Source of the DNA: Camelus ferus
Lineage: Eukaryota
NCBI RefSeq assembly: GCF_009834535.1
Contig: NC_045696.1
Coordinates: forward strand, 37,822,001-37,886,000
Length of the DNA: 64,000 bases
Direction: 5' to 3'
How positions within the stretch are numbered: position 1 is the stretch's first letter; every line of letters begins with the position of its first letter. The notes under the pieces were generated by a model. It had not been told where the DNA came from and did not search any database. It saw only the letters and a program-made list of their open reading frames with translations. Both the position numbers and the translations under genes were made by a program. Below are positions 1 to 11,951 of this stretch, piece after piece.

Positions 1-560
1 AGATTTATAGAGGAAAAAGCAATAATAGATATAAAACCCACAGTATCAACACTATTGCTAAAAGCAAATGGTTTAAATATCAAAACTGAAGGCAAACATT
101 GTCAGATTATGAAACAAAAAAGATCTCATCATAGGCTAACTACAAGAAATTCACTTTAAATATAAAGATGAAAATAGGTTACAAGTAAATGGATGGAAAA
201 AATATACCATGGTAACACTAATCACAACAATTGATATTAAACAAAGTAGACTTCAGAGCAAAGAATTATGGATAAAGAGGATCATTACATATTTTGAAAA
301 CATTCAATTCATCAAAAGAGCTTAAGAATCTTAAACATCTGAATTTTAAATCAAAGCTAAAGTCTTTATACATTAAGCAAAAATTTATAGTAGTAAGGGG
401 AAATAGATAAATACAAAATTATAGTGAGAAATGTCAACACCACTATCTCAATAATTGATAGAAGAAGTAGATAATCAATAAGAACATATTACACATAAAT
501 GACACTATCAACAAACTTGACTTAATTGGCATCTATCGAAAAGTCTCAAACCAATGATCT
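1..560 (+). mobile_element. Old L1 fragment (ORF2 endonuclease region), degraded
   Basis: A-rich sense sequence with L1 EN-like blocks (ctacaagaaattcactttaaatataaag; ggatggaaaaaatataccatg; aaagtagacttcagagcaaag; acacCactatctcaataattgataga); many stops. Confidence 0.75.
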
Positions 561-613
561 TAGCTTACACATTTAGAAACTCGAAAAGAAAAAAAAGTAC
601 AACAAAATATCTT

Positions 614-1031
614 CTGGGTAATTTGATAGGATTTAACATTAAATTTGTAGATTGCTTTGAGGAATATTCCATTTTAACAATATTAATTTTTCCAATTCAA
701 GAGCATAGGATAACTTTTCATTTCTTTAAATCATCTTTAATTCCCTTAATCAATGTTTTATAGTTCTCCATGTATAAGTCTTTCACCTCCTTGGTCAGGC
801 TTATTCCTAATTATTTTATTTTGTTTTATTTTTGGTGTGATTTTAAAAGGGATTGTTTTTATTTTTTTAACATTCCTTTTTTAATATTTTATTGTTAGTG
901 TAAAGAAACAGATTTCTCTATGTTAATGTGCCCTGCTACCTTGCTGAATTCTGTCTTCATTTCTTATAGTTTTTGTGTGGAGTCCTTGGGGTTTACTATT
1001 TATACTAACATGTCATCCATGTATAGTGACA
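614..1031 (-). mobile_element. Inverted 5' segment of young L1 (ORF2 RT region)
   Basis: Reverse complement matches about 8009-8430 of the L1 copy in this window (ctgggtaatttgat = rc of atcaaattacccag; tatagtgaca = rc of tgtcactata). Confidence 0.93.
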
Positions 1032-2700
1032 TTTTTAACAGAACTAGAACAAATAATTCTAAAATTTATATGGAATCACAAATGACCCCAAATTGCCAAG
1101 GAAATACTGAAGAAAAAGAACAAAGCTTGAGAAATAACCCTCCCAGACTTCAGACAATATTACAAAGCTACAGTAATGAAAACAGTGTGGTACTGACCAA
1201 AAAAATACATAAGGATCAATGGATCAGAATAGAAAGACCAGAAATAAACTCACACGCCTACAGTCAATTACTCTTTGACAAAGGAGGAAATAACATACAA
1301 TGGAGAAAAGACAGTCTCTTCAGCAAGTAGTGTTGGGAAAACGACAGTGGCATGTAAATCAATGAAATTAGAATACTCTCTCACACAGTACACAAAATAA
1401 GCTCAAAATAGCCACTTAAGGCTGTGTGAAAAAGTAAAAAAAAAAAAAAAGCTTAAAGGCTTAAACATAAGACACCATAAACCTCCTAGAAGAGAATATA
1501 GGCAAACATTATCTGATATAAATTATAGCACTCTTCTCCTAGTGTAGTCTAACAAGGCAATAGAAATAAAAGCAAAAATAAATGGGACCTAATTAAACTT
1601 ACAAGTTTTTGCACAGCAAAGGAAATCATAAGCAAAACAAAAAGACAACCTATGAAATGGAAGAAAATATTTGAAAAATATTTAACAAAAGTTTAATTTC
1701 CAGAATATAAAAACAGCTCATACAACTTAATAACAACAACAACCAAAAAAACCCAATTAAAAAATGGGCAGAAGACCTAAATAAGCAATTCTCTAAAGAA
1801 GACATACAAATGGCCAATAGGCACATGAAAAAATGCTCAATATCACTAATTATCAGAGAAATACAGATTAAAACTGCAATGAGGTGTCATCTCACACTAG
1901 TTAGAATGGCCAGCATCAAAGAGTCCACAAATGATAAATGCTAGAGAGGGTATGAAGAAAAGGGAACCCTCCCACACTGTTGGTAGGAATATACTTTGGT
2001 GCTGCTGTTATGGAAAAAAGTATGAAGATTCTTTAGAAAACTAAAAATAGACTTCCCATATGAACCAGCAATCCCACTCTTGGGCATATATCCAGAAGGA
2101 ACTCTAATTTGATAAGATAACATGCACCCCAATGTTCATAGCAGCACTATTTATAATACCCACCACATGAAATCAATTTAAATGTCCACTGACAGATGAC
2201 TGGCTAGAGAAGTTGTAATGTATATATATAATGGAATACTACTCAGTCATAAAAAAGAATAAAATAATGCTATTTGCTGTAACATGGATGGACCTGGATA
2301 TCAGCATTCTAAATGAAGTATGCCAGAAAGAGAAAGAAAAATACCATATAATATCACTTATATGTGGAATAAAAAAAAAAGACACAAATGAACAAATTTA
2401 TAAAACTGAAACAGACTCACAGACATGAAAACAAACTTATGGTTACTGTAGGGAAAGGGGTGAGAAGGGACATATTGGGAGTTCGAGATTTGCAGATACT
2501 AATTGATGTATATAAAACAGATAAATAACAAAGTTAGACTGTAAAGTGCAGAGAACTATATTCAATATCTGATAGTAAACTATAATAAAAAAGAATATGA
2601 AATGGAATATATGTCTGTATATGTATGACAGAAACATTATGCTGTACACCAGAAATTGACACAACATTGTAAACTGACTATACTTCAACTAAAGAAAAAT
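1028..2700 (+). mobile_element. Young L1, 3' part (ORF2 C-terminus and 3' UTR)
   Basis: ORF fragments such as HKDQWIRIERPEINSHAYSQLLFDKG and MEYYSVIKKNKIMLFAVTWMDLDISILNE; 3' end gacacaacattgtaaactgactatacttcaa followed by an A-rich tail; collinear with 8431-10120. Confidence 0.95.
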
Positions 2701-2870
2701 GTGAATAATAAATTGTGAATAATTCATATGATAGACTATTACTCAACATTAAAAATAAATAAATTATTAATACACATAATAGCATGTGATTATTAAAATA
2801 TTTATGCTGAGTACCAAGGTCAGAAAAGTAAGAGTAAACAATATTTCATTGTATCAATACTATATGCTAA
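2701..2870 (+). mobile_element. Old L1M 3' fragment
   Basis: aaattgtgaataattcatatgatagactattactcaacattaaaaat ... tttatgctgagt resembles old L1 3' sequence. Confidence 0.55.
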
Positions 2871-3419
2871 ACAAATTGGTTTTTAATGCTACAGCAGTGT
2901 TTAGAAAAATTGTTCTAAAACAATTATGGAGAACTTTTCAGGATCCTGAACTTTGGACTAAACTTTGCTTAATATAATCATTTTTGACAAAATATAAACA
3001 ATATTTCAATTGTTAATGCTATGAAACAGAATTTCCCTGAAGGCTCTTTATCTCCACATGCAGTTAGTTATCAAGATTTTTTCATCAAATATTTGTCTTA
3101 GTTTTTTCTTACCCTTTAACTTTTACTTCATTCTGAGCCTCATTACTCACTGGGCAATATTACCTCAAAATATGCGGATTTTCTACCACCAATTACACAA
3201 TGCTATCACAATAATTTTCTGAAATATGAATATGATACTGTTATTTTCTACTTCTTACTTTTAAAAAAACTTGAAAAGACCATAATATAAATCTAAGGAT
3301 CAATAGTATAGTAAATAAGCCCATTATAATACAGTAACTGCTTTTCCCACCTTCACTCATTCCCTTTTAAAAGTTATTTATTGAACAATAAGCTAGGCAG
3401 ATTTTTATCTCTGTACACT

Positions 3420-3910
3420 GGTGTTATGCCCTATATAGTCCACCTCAACTTGAGTGTGGGTGGAACATGTGGCTATTCTGGTCAATAGAACACAGCAAAA
3501 AAAAGAAAAGGAATTTTACAGATGTAATTCAGGATTCAAGTCCACTCAATCTGAGCTAGTCAAAAATGAGTAATCCTGGATGGGCATGACTTAAATCAAG
3601 TGAAAACCTTAAAAGAGAAACATGGTTAACTGGACTTGAAGGATCTAGCCACCATGAGTTCTACAACCATGAGAAAATGAAGTCTGCCAACAACCTGAAT
3701 GTGACTGGAAGTCGATAATTCCCTAGTTGAATATCCAAATGAAAACGCATCCCTGTTGGCACATTGACTTCAGCCTTATCAGACCCTGAGCAAGCCAGTT
3801 AAGGCAATTCTGGAGTTCTAAACTTCAAAAATTGTGAGATAATAAATGAGTGTTGTCTAAGCCATTAAGTATTTTGATAACTTGTTGCACAGAAATAGGA
3901 AACTAATACA
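3420..3910 (+). mobile_element. MaLR LTR (MLT1-type)
   Basis: tctgccaacaacctgaatg, tgacttcagcctt..gaccctgagca, gtgagataataaatgagtgttgt..taagccattaagt, ending ggaaactaataca. Confidence 0.85.
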
Positions 3911-3969
3911 AGAAAGTAGTCTGCTATTTGTACTGTATTCTAGATTTACGAAAACAAAAGCAGTAAGGA

Positions 3970-4330
3970 AAAAAAATCAAGGTCATCTAAGTGGTGAGTA
4001 CAGACTTCTTCAGAGAGAAAAGAAAAGACCAAACCTTAGATCTTGGGTCATTCCAATCTTAGGAAGAATATCTAAGAATAAAAAATTAAAAGTAGGAGAA
4101 GTGGAAGATTCACCAACAGTGGGTTAAAGTAGGAGTTATTGAAGTACTGAGCAAACAAGCATAGCACAGTGTTTCAGAATCTATATGAAGAAATATTTTT
4201 CAAAAAAAAAAAGTGAACAACTGTTTCAAATTCTACTGAGAGGTCAAGAACAACAAGCAGTTTTCTACTGTGGACACAGACAATTTTTAAAATGAATTGA
4301 TAAGGATTAAATCGTGATTGGGATTAGGTT
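3970..4330 (-). mobile_element. L2 fragment
   Basis: gtgaacaactgtttcaaattctactgagaggtcaag resembles antisense L2 ORF2 consensus. Confidence 0.6.
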
Positions 4331-4519
4331 CAAAAGAGGATTGAAGGAGGGGAAGTATATAAGGAGTTTAAAAAATACTAGTGTTTCCATATATATTACA
4401 TGCATTCATTCTAGAGAATTTTACTAGAAAGAATATGGAAAGATTTTCCTCTTTCCGTCTTATGATGAATTCATTTCAAAGCTGTAACATGAGAAATCTG
4501 TTACCTCATAGTTTTATAT

Positions 4520-6260
4520 ACATTTGATGTATCCTTCAAAAAGGAAGGCAAACTAAAGAAAATTTCACTTAAATAAAACTGAAAGAATACACTGCTGGTA
4601 CATCTACACTGCAAAAACATACTACATCATATTCTTATTCTAAAGAGAAATGACAAAAAGATGGAAATTAAAATCTACAGGAAGTAATGAAGAAGAAAAA
4701 CGAAAAATTTGAGAGTAGATATGACTGCTCATTTATCTTCTCATTGTTTTAAAGAACATGTAACCCTTTAAAATAAAAATTATAACAGTACTTGAACATT
4801 TATACTGTATATAGATGTAATATATGGCAATGACACCACAAAAGACTGAAGTAGATGAATAAAACTAAACCATTGCAATTTTTTCACATTTTATATGAAG
4901 TAGAATAATATTAACACTAAGTACACTGCAAATAATTTAATGAGACATAGTCTAAATCCTAGTTCAAACACTATAATATTGAAATAATAAACAGCTAAAA
5001 TATAATTAAGAAAATACAGTTAACAACAAAATACTGAAAAAAGTTGTGATTAATAAAAATAAGCACATGAAACTAGGGAAAAGACAAAAAGATGATGTCA
5101 GATTGGGAGGAAAAATAGTAAAAGAATAGATAAATCCAATCTCATTATTAATTATATTGACTATAAATTGACTCCAATTAAATGCAGAGATTATTGAAAG
5201 GAATTTAAAAATAAGACCTTATTAAGAAATGTCTACTAAATATAAATTTATGGTACAAGAACACAAATTTTGAAAGTTAAAATCAGGCTAGGAAAGTTCA
5301 AGACAAGCAGTATTATTGGAGGTAACAAAGAACATTTAATTATCAAAAAGTGTTCAACAAAATGATTTTACAGTAATAAATGTGTTCTGCTAATAACAGA
5401 GCTTTAAAATACAGGATGCAATCAAACATTTATTTGGGCAAAAACTGAATTTCAACCCTAACTTCACTTTTAATAAAAATTAACTCATAGAAAAGGCTAA
5501 ATAAGCTATAAAACTTGAGAAGAAAATATGGAACAAAATCAGGGCTTTTATAATAAATGAATATGAATATAAACATAAGCACTAAATATATTAGTATATA
5601 ACATTGTGAATATATAATAATGTGAATCTATATAAATATAACATAATTATAATACAACTACATCATATTCATATAACATAATATAAATATAAATAATGTG
5701 TAAATAACCTTTACTCCTCAATGTAAGATGACAAACCAATTAAATGGGCAATATATTTAAAACATTTACAGAAGGAGATATTAAAATGGTCCAAATATGT
5801 GTAACAATTCTCACCTCTAGTCACCACAGAAATGAAGATTAAATCTACATGAAGTACTAACATACACCTACTAGAATGGCCAAAATTTTAGAAGGCTGAA
5901 AATGCCAAATGTTGGCCAGTATGTGAAGCAACTGGAACTCTTAACACAACACTTTTGAGGATTAAAATGGCATAATCATTTTAGAAAATCATTTAATAGC
6001 CTTTATAATGTGAATTATCCCCTTACATTGTTATATTGATATATAATTATACTGTTAGGTGTTTACCAAATAGAAAAAAAATGTACTCCTACAAAAAGAG
6101 TTGCACACCATTGTTTATACTAGCTGAACTCATAGTAGCCCAAACTAGGGAATTCCAAATATCCAAAAATTGATAATGGAAAAACAAATTATGGTATGTG
6201 GTATGAGGAATGTCATGCTGATGACAACATCATTAATTAATTAAATTATCACACACATAA

Positions 6261-6294
<34 letters not shown>

Positions 6295-7110
6295 ACTCAC
6301 ACTAAGTGTAAAAAGAATACACATACTCTATCATTCCATTTTTATAAAATTATAGAAAAAGCAAAACAACACTTTGTGGCCTGGATTCAGTAGGGGCCAC
6401 AAAGGGGAATATTTTATTTTGTTATGTATAACTTTTATAGCAATATATTTAATTTATGTACAAATACTTGAAGGAAAAATAGAAATAAGTAGAGGACTTG
6501 ACAAACCCACAATCACACTTGGAAATTTTGGAAATTTCTATCAATAGTTGATAGAAAATTAGCTATAAAACATCAGTAAAATTATACACACAGTGTAATT
6601 TCATTGGCCACATTGACCTAATTGATATTTGTTCTACAACCAACAACTGTAGAATTCTTTTCAACTATACAGGGAATATTAAGAAGATAAATATTATTTT
6701 GGCCCATGAAACATATTAATCAATTTGAGAAGATTAAAATATTAAGGAGGTTACTCTGCTCACAAAATAATTAAACTTATAAACAACAATTATGAACTAA
6801 TTAGAAAAGCTCAAAGTTATGTTTAAAAAATGTGAAAATGTTACAGCACACAGTAAAAAATTGGCCAAAGAAATACTCACAAGAGAAATTAGGAGATTTT
6901 TTAAACCGAGCGATTATGAAGCTACAACCAATCAAAATGTTGTACAGAAGTTAAAATGGTGCTTGGAGATAAATTTGCACATGAAATTTTAAGAGTAATC
7001 AGTGATATGCATTCTCGCCTTAGGAAAAAATAATGAAGAATAAAATAAAAGAAGAATTAATTTTAGAAAGGAAATAGTACAGACAAGAAGAGAAACAGTG
7101 AAACAGAAAA
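4520..7110 (+). mobile_element. Mosaic of old L1M fragments (ORF1 end, ORF2 5' part, 3' UTR pieces)
   Basis: tatccttcaaaaaggaaggcaaactaaag (ORF1 end); acacctactagaatggccaaaatt..gcaactggaactc (ORF2 3'); ttgacctaattgatatt..caacaactgtagaat (EN region). Confidence 0.75.
6250..6302. repeat. (AT)n/(AC)n microsatellite
   Basis: Directly visible dinucleotide runs. Confidence 0.9.
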
Positions 7111-7114
7111 TAAA

Positions 7115-7562
7115 ATAGAAATCATGTTAAGTGGAATGTCAGGCACAGAAGGACAAACACTGCATGAACTCTTTTATATGTGGAATCTAAAAAAGTCAAG
7201 CTCATAAAATTAGATGGTAGTATAGTGGTTGGGGTATGGAGAAATGGAGAAATGTTGGGCAAAGGGTACCCAATTTCAGATATATGGGATAAATAATTTT
7301 AGGAGACCTAACGTACAGTATGGTTACTATCATAGTGATGTATATTTGAAATTTTCTAAGGGAATAGATCTTAAATCTTCTCAACACACATGTGCACACA
7401 CACACACACAAAGAGGGGTAACTATGTAGAGGTGATGGATTACTTAGATAGACTGTGGTGATCCTTTCACAATGTATACATATACACAAAAGCATTAGTT
7501 GTATACCTAAAATGTGTACAATTTCTCTATGTCAAAGATCTCAATAAAGTTATTTTAAAAAG
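7115..7562 (+). mobile_element. L1MA-like 3' end nested in an older L1 ORF2
   Basis: cacagaaggacaaacactgcatg..tatatgtggaatctaaaaaagtc; gaatagatcttaaatcttctca; ends ctcaataaag..aaaa; host ORF2 (tgcttttttgaaaatataattaaa) resumes afterwards. Confidence 0.85.
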
Positions 7563-7950
7563 AAAATAAGCCCAGAACTTGCTTTTTTGAAAATATAATT
7601 AAAACCAATAAAATCAAGCAGTACTTATTAAGGATGAAAACTTACAAAAACACAATGCCAATATAAGAAAAAGGAGAAAATATGGACTATATAGAAGTTA
7701 AATGTTAATAAAGAAAAATAATGAAAAACTACTCACCAATAGATTTGAAAATATTTAAGAAATTGACAAATTATTTGAAAAGCTTAACTTACCAAAAGGG
7801 ACATAATATAAAATAGAAAACTTAAATAACCCTTAATTATGATACAGGCTGTATTTTAAGAAAAGATTCACACACTTACACACATACAACTGAATAAAAT
7901 AAGCCAGATAATTTTACTCAGGAATTGCATCAGCATATAAAAAAGAAATA
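7563..7950 (+). mobile_element. Old L1 ORF2 fragment (host of the 7951-10120 insertion)
   Basis: gaaattgacaaattatttgaaaag, aaaatagaaaacttaaataaccc, gccagataattttactcaggaattgcatcagcatataaaaaagaaata; continues at 10131. Confidence 0.75.
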
Positions 7951-10120
7951 GCCATCAGGCAAGAAAGAGAAATAAAAGGGATCCAAATTGGAAGAGAAGA
8001 GGTATAATTGTCACTATATATGGAAGATACTATGTGTAGAAAACCCTAAAAGCTCACATGAAAACTACTAGAACTGATAAAAGAATTCAGCAACGTACAA
8101 GGATACAAGATTAAAATACAGAAATCAGTGGCATTTCTTTATACTAACAATGAAATAGCAGAAAAGGAAAGTAAAAATAACAATCCTTTCTAAAATTACA
8201 TCAAAAAAAACAAACAAACAAACAAAAAACAACACTTAGGAATAAATCTGACCAAGGAGGGGAAAGACTTATATGCAGATAACTACAAAACATTGATAAA
8301 GGAAATAAAGATGACTTAAAGAAATGGAAAGATATCTCATGCTCTTGGATTGGAAAAATAAATATCATTAAAATGGCCATAAACCCAAAGCAATTTACAG
8401 ATTTAATGCTATCCATATCAAATTACCCAGGACATTTTTCACAGAACTAGAACAAATAATTCTAAAATTTATATGGAATAACAAAGGGCTCAGAATTGCC
8501 AAAACAATACTGAAGAAAAAGAACAAAGCTAGAGGCATAACCCTCCCAGACTTCAGACAATACTACTGAGCTATTGTAATCAAAGCAGTGTGGTATTGGC
8601 ACAAAAACAGACATATGGATCAATGGAACAGAATAGAGAGCCCAGAAATATACCCACAGTCTTAAATCAATTAATCTTTGACAAAGGAGGCAAGAATATA
8701 CAGTGGAGAAAAGACAGTCTCTTCAGCAAATGATATTGGGAAAACTGGACAGCCACATGTAAATCAATGAAGTTAGAATACTCCTTCACATCATACACAA
8801 AAATAAAAACCTCAAAATGGTTTAAAGACTTAAATATAAGACAAGACACTATAAATCTCCTAGAAGAAAACATAGGCAAAACACTTTCAGACATAAATAT
8901 TAGCAATGTTCCCCTAGGTCAGTCAATAAAAGCAAAAATAAACAAATGGGTTAAATAATAACCCATAAGCTAAATAAACTATAAGATTTTGCACAGCAAA
9001 GGAAACCATAAGCAAAACAAATGACAGCCTACAGAATGGGAGAAAATATTTGCAAATGATGCAACTGACAAAGGTCTAATTTCCAGAATATATAAACAGT
9101 TCGTACAACTCAATAACAAAAAAAAAAACCCTATCCAAAAATGGGCAGAAGACCTAAACAAGCAATTCTCCAAAGAAGACATATGAATGGCCAGTAGGCA
9201 CATGAAAAAAAAAAATGCTCAATATCACTAATTATCAGAGAAATGCAAATTAAAACTACCATGAGGTAGCACCTCACACCAGTCAGAATGGCCATGATTC
9301 AAAAGTCCACAAATGATAAATGCTGAAGAGGGTGTGGAGAAAAGGGAATCCTTCTTCCCTGTTGGTGGGAATTCAGTCTGGTGCAGCCATAATGGAAAAC
9401 AGTATGGAGATTCTTCAAAAAATTAAAAATAGTTTCACCATATGATCCAGCAATCCCACTCCTGGGCATTTATCTGGAGGGAGCTCAAATTCAAAAAAAT
9501 GCATGCACCCCCCAGTTTTTATAGCAGCAGTGTATACAATAGCCAAGACATGGAAACAACCTAAAGGTCCACCAATAGATGACTGGATAAAGAAGCTATG
9601 GTATATTTATACAATGGAATACTACTCAGCCTTAAAAAAGAATAAAATAATGCTATTTGCTGTAACATGGATGGTCTTGGAGATTGTCATTCAAAGTGCG
9701 GTCAGCCAGAAAAAGACAGAAAAATATAATATGATGTCACTCATATGTGGAATCTAAAAAGAAAAGAAAAGAAAAGAAAAAAGAAGACACTAATAAACTT
9801 ATCTACAAAACAGAAACATACTCACAGACATAGAAAACAAACTTATGGTTACCAGGGGGAGGGGTGGGAAGGGGGGGGGAATGGATAAATTGGGAGTTTG
9901 AGATTTTCAGATACTAACAAATATATATAAAATAGATAAAAAACAAATTTCTTCTGTATAGCACAGGGAACTATATTCAAATATCATGTAATAACTTATA
10001 ATGAAAATGAATATGAAAATGAATATATATATAAATATATGACAAAACATTATACTGTACACCAGAAATTGACAGATTATAACTGAGTATAGTTCAATAA
10101 AAAAAATATATATATAAAAG
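7951..10120 (+). mobile_element. Young 5'-truncated L1 (ORF2 RT/C-terminus and 3' UTR) with 10-bp TSD
   Basis: Starts gccatcaggcaagaaagagaaataaaaggg (AIRQEREIKG); frameshifted ORF2; tail aataaaaaaaatatata; TSD aaaagaaata at 7941-7950 and 10121-10130. Confidence 0.96.
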
Positions 10121-10189
10121 AAAAGAAATAATGCCAATGTTACATACAGTCTTTGAGAACAAGCGTTTAGTATCATTAACTATCATTAA

Positions 10190-10880
10190 AATCCCAGTGA
10201 GATTCTGCTATACTTCCTTGAATGGCTAAAATTAGAAAGACTAATCAGACCTCATGTTTGCAAGGATATGGAACATCAAGAACTTTCTTATATTACTGGT
10301 GATAGTGTAAAATGTTACAACCACTTTGGACAAATGTTGGAAATGTCTCATAGATAAGCACAGACCTACTCTATAACCAAACAGTTGTATGCCTAAATAT
10401 TTACCACAGTAAATTAAAACATGTATCCATAAAAGGCTTGTACCATAATGATTACAGCAGCTTTATTTATAACAGGGCAAATGAGAAAACAACTAAAATG
10501 CTCATGAAGAGAGGAATGAATAAATAAAATGTCATATATTAATTAAATGAAATACTGCTTAGCAAAGGAATTATTTACTTTTATGTCCATGATACCTTAT
10601 GGATTCTTTAAGGAAAGAAACCAGACACAGAAGTCTACCTACTGTATTATTCCAGTTATGTGAATTCTATAATGGGAAAAGCTAATTTATCATAAAAAAT
10701 TAGAAAAAAACCCTTGCATTTATATGGGGACTATTTACTAAAAATAAAGGGCATGAGGAAATTTTCTAGGGTGATAAAAAATTCTTTATCTTGACTATAC
10801 ACCAAACTCTTCCTCATCAAAACTCACCAAAGTACACAATTATAATGTGTGCATTTCACTACATATAATTAAAAAAATAA
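10190..10880 (+). mobile_element. Old L1M 3' region
   Basis: gaatggctaaaattagaaagact, gtgtaaaatgttacaaccactttgga, aagggcatgaggaaattttctagggtgat, gtgcatttcact. Confidence 0.8.
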
Positions 10881-11819
10881 CTATATTGAAAGTAAAAACC
10901 CTGTGGGTCCCTAGAGTTTTAGGGAAAATCAGAGATAAAATTTGTACTCAATAAATTGATAAATTCATTTTTCTTTCTCTATTCTATGGAAGTATATTTC
11001 AGTTATTATAGAAAATCAAAAGATATATTATAGGTTAAATAATGTTATCTGTGATTTTGAAAACCTACTAAACTCCAGAGTTCAAAACTGGATATAAATA
11101 GTGGATTTCTTTTCTCTTGTTAACTTTAGTTTTGAGGCAGTCAGAAGGGACACATATCTAAAGTCATAAATATAGTGTAGTCACTATTTTATCAGTGTAG
11201 CAAAGCATTAATTCAACAAATATTTATTAATTTTCAAATAGGACATATCTAAAATCCCTCCTTTCACTGATCATATAAAAGATCCTTTTACAAATGATCA
11301 AGCTATTAACATTAGCACATGTGTATATGCTGAACATATATCCACAACATAATTGCTAGCTGTGAATATATGCATGTGCTCAAAAGTACACACACTCACA
11401 CAGACATGCAAACACAGATTGGAAATAGTTAAATCCAGTATTTTCACTAGGTTTACCACTGGAACTGAATCAACAACTGAATAGTGAATTATAGGAAGTC
11501 ATTATTATTATATTAGATTTATGATTATCAGAGTTTCAAACTGCTAATATTGAAAACATACATGTATACTTCTGAAATTCGTTGTGAACCTGCTACACTA
11601 TGGCACTGGTTAGTAACATTTAATACAGGAAACTCTGGAACAGTGCTATATAGTAAACTTGAGTGGTTATTCAAACAGTAACCTGAGTTTTCCAACTTTA
11701 CAGATTTAAATGTGTAATGTCCAGAAATGTCCAGAAACTGCTACCTTACATAACCACTGGGAATTATTGGAAAGAAGTCATAGAGAAATGTAAGGAGAAG
11801 CAGAAGAAAGCTTCCATTT

Positions 11820-11951
11820 AATTTTATTACATTTCATTTTGTTTTGTTTTATTCATCTTATTTTATTTTTAAATGGAGATGCTGGGGATTGAACCCAAGA
11901 CTTCCTGCGTGCTAAGCATAGGCTCTATCATTAAGCTATTCCCCAACCCCC
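11820..11951 (-). mobile_element. tRNA-derived SINE (camelid Vic-1-like)
   Basis: ctggggattgaaccca is the rc of a B box (GGTTCAATCCC); T-rich tail on the left; TSD aaagcttc(c/t)attt at 11807-11819 and 11952-11964. Confidence 0.88.

Noticed and set aside
920..1330. 136-aa ORF
   Set aside because: Chimeric product of the L1 inversion junction and frameshifted ORF2; not a gene.
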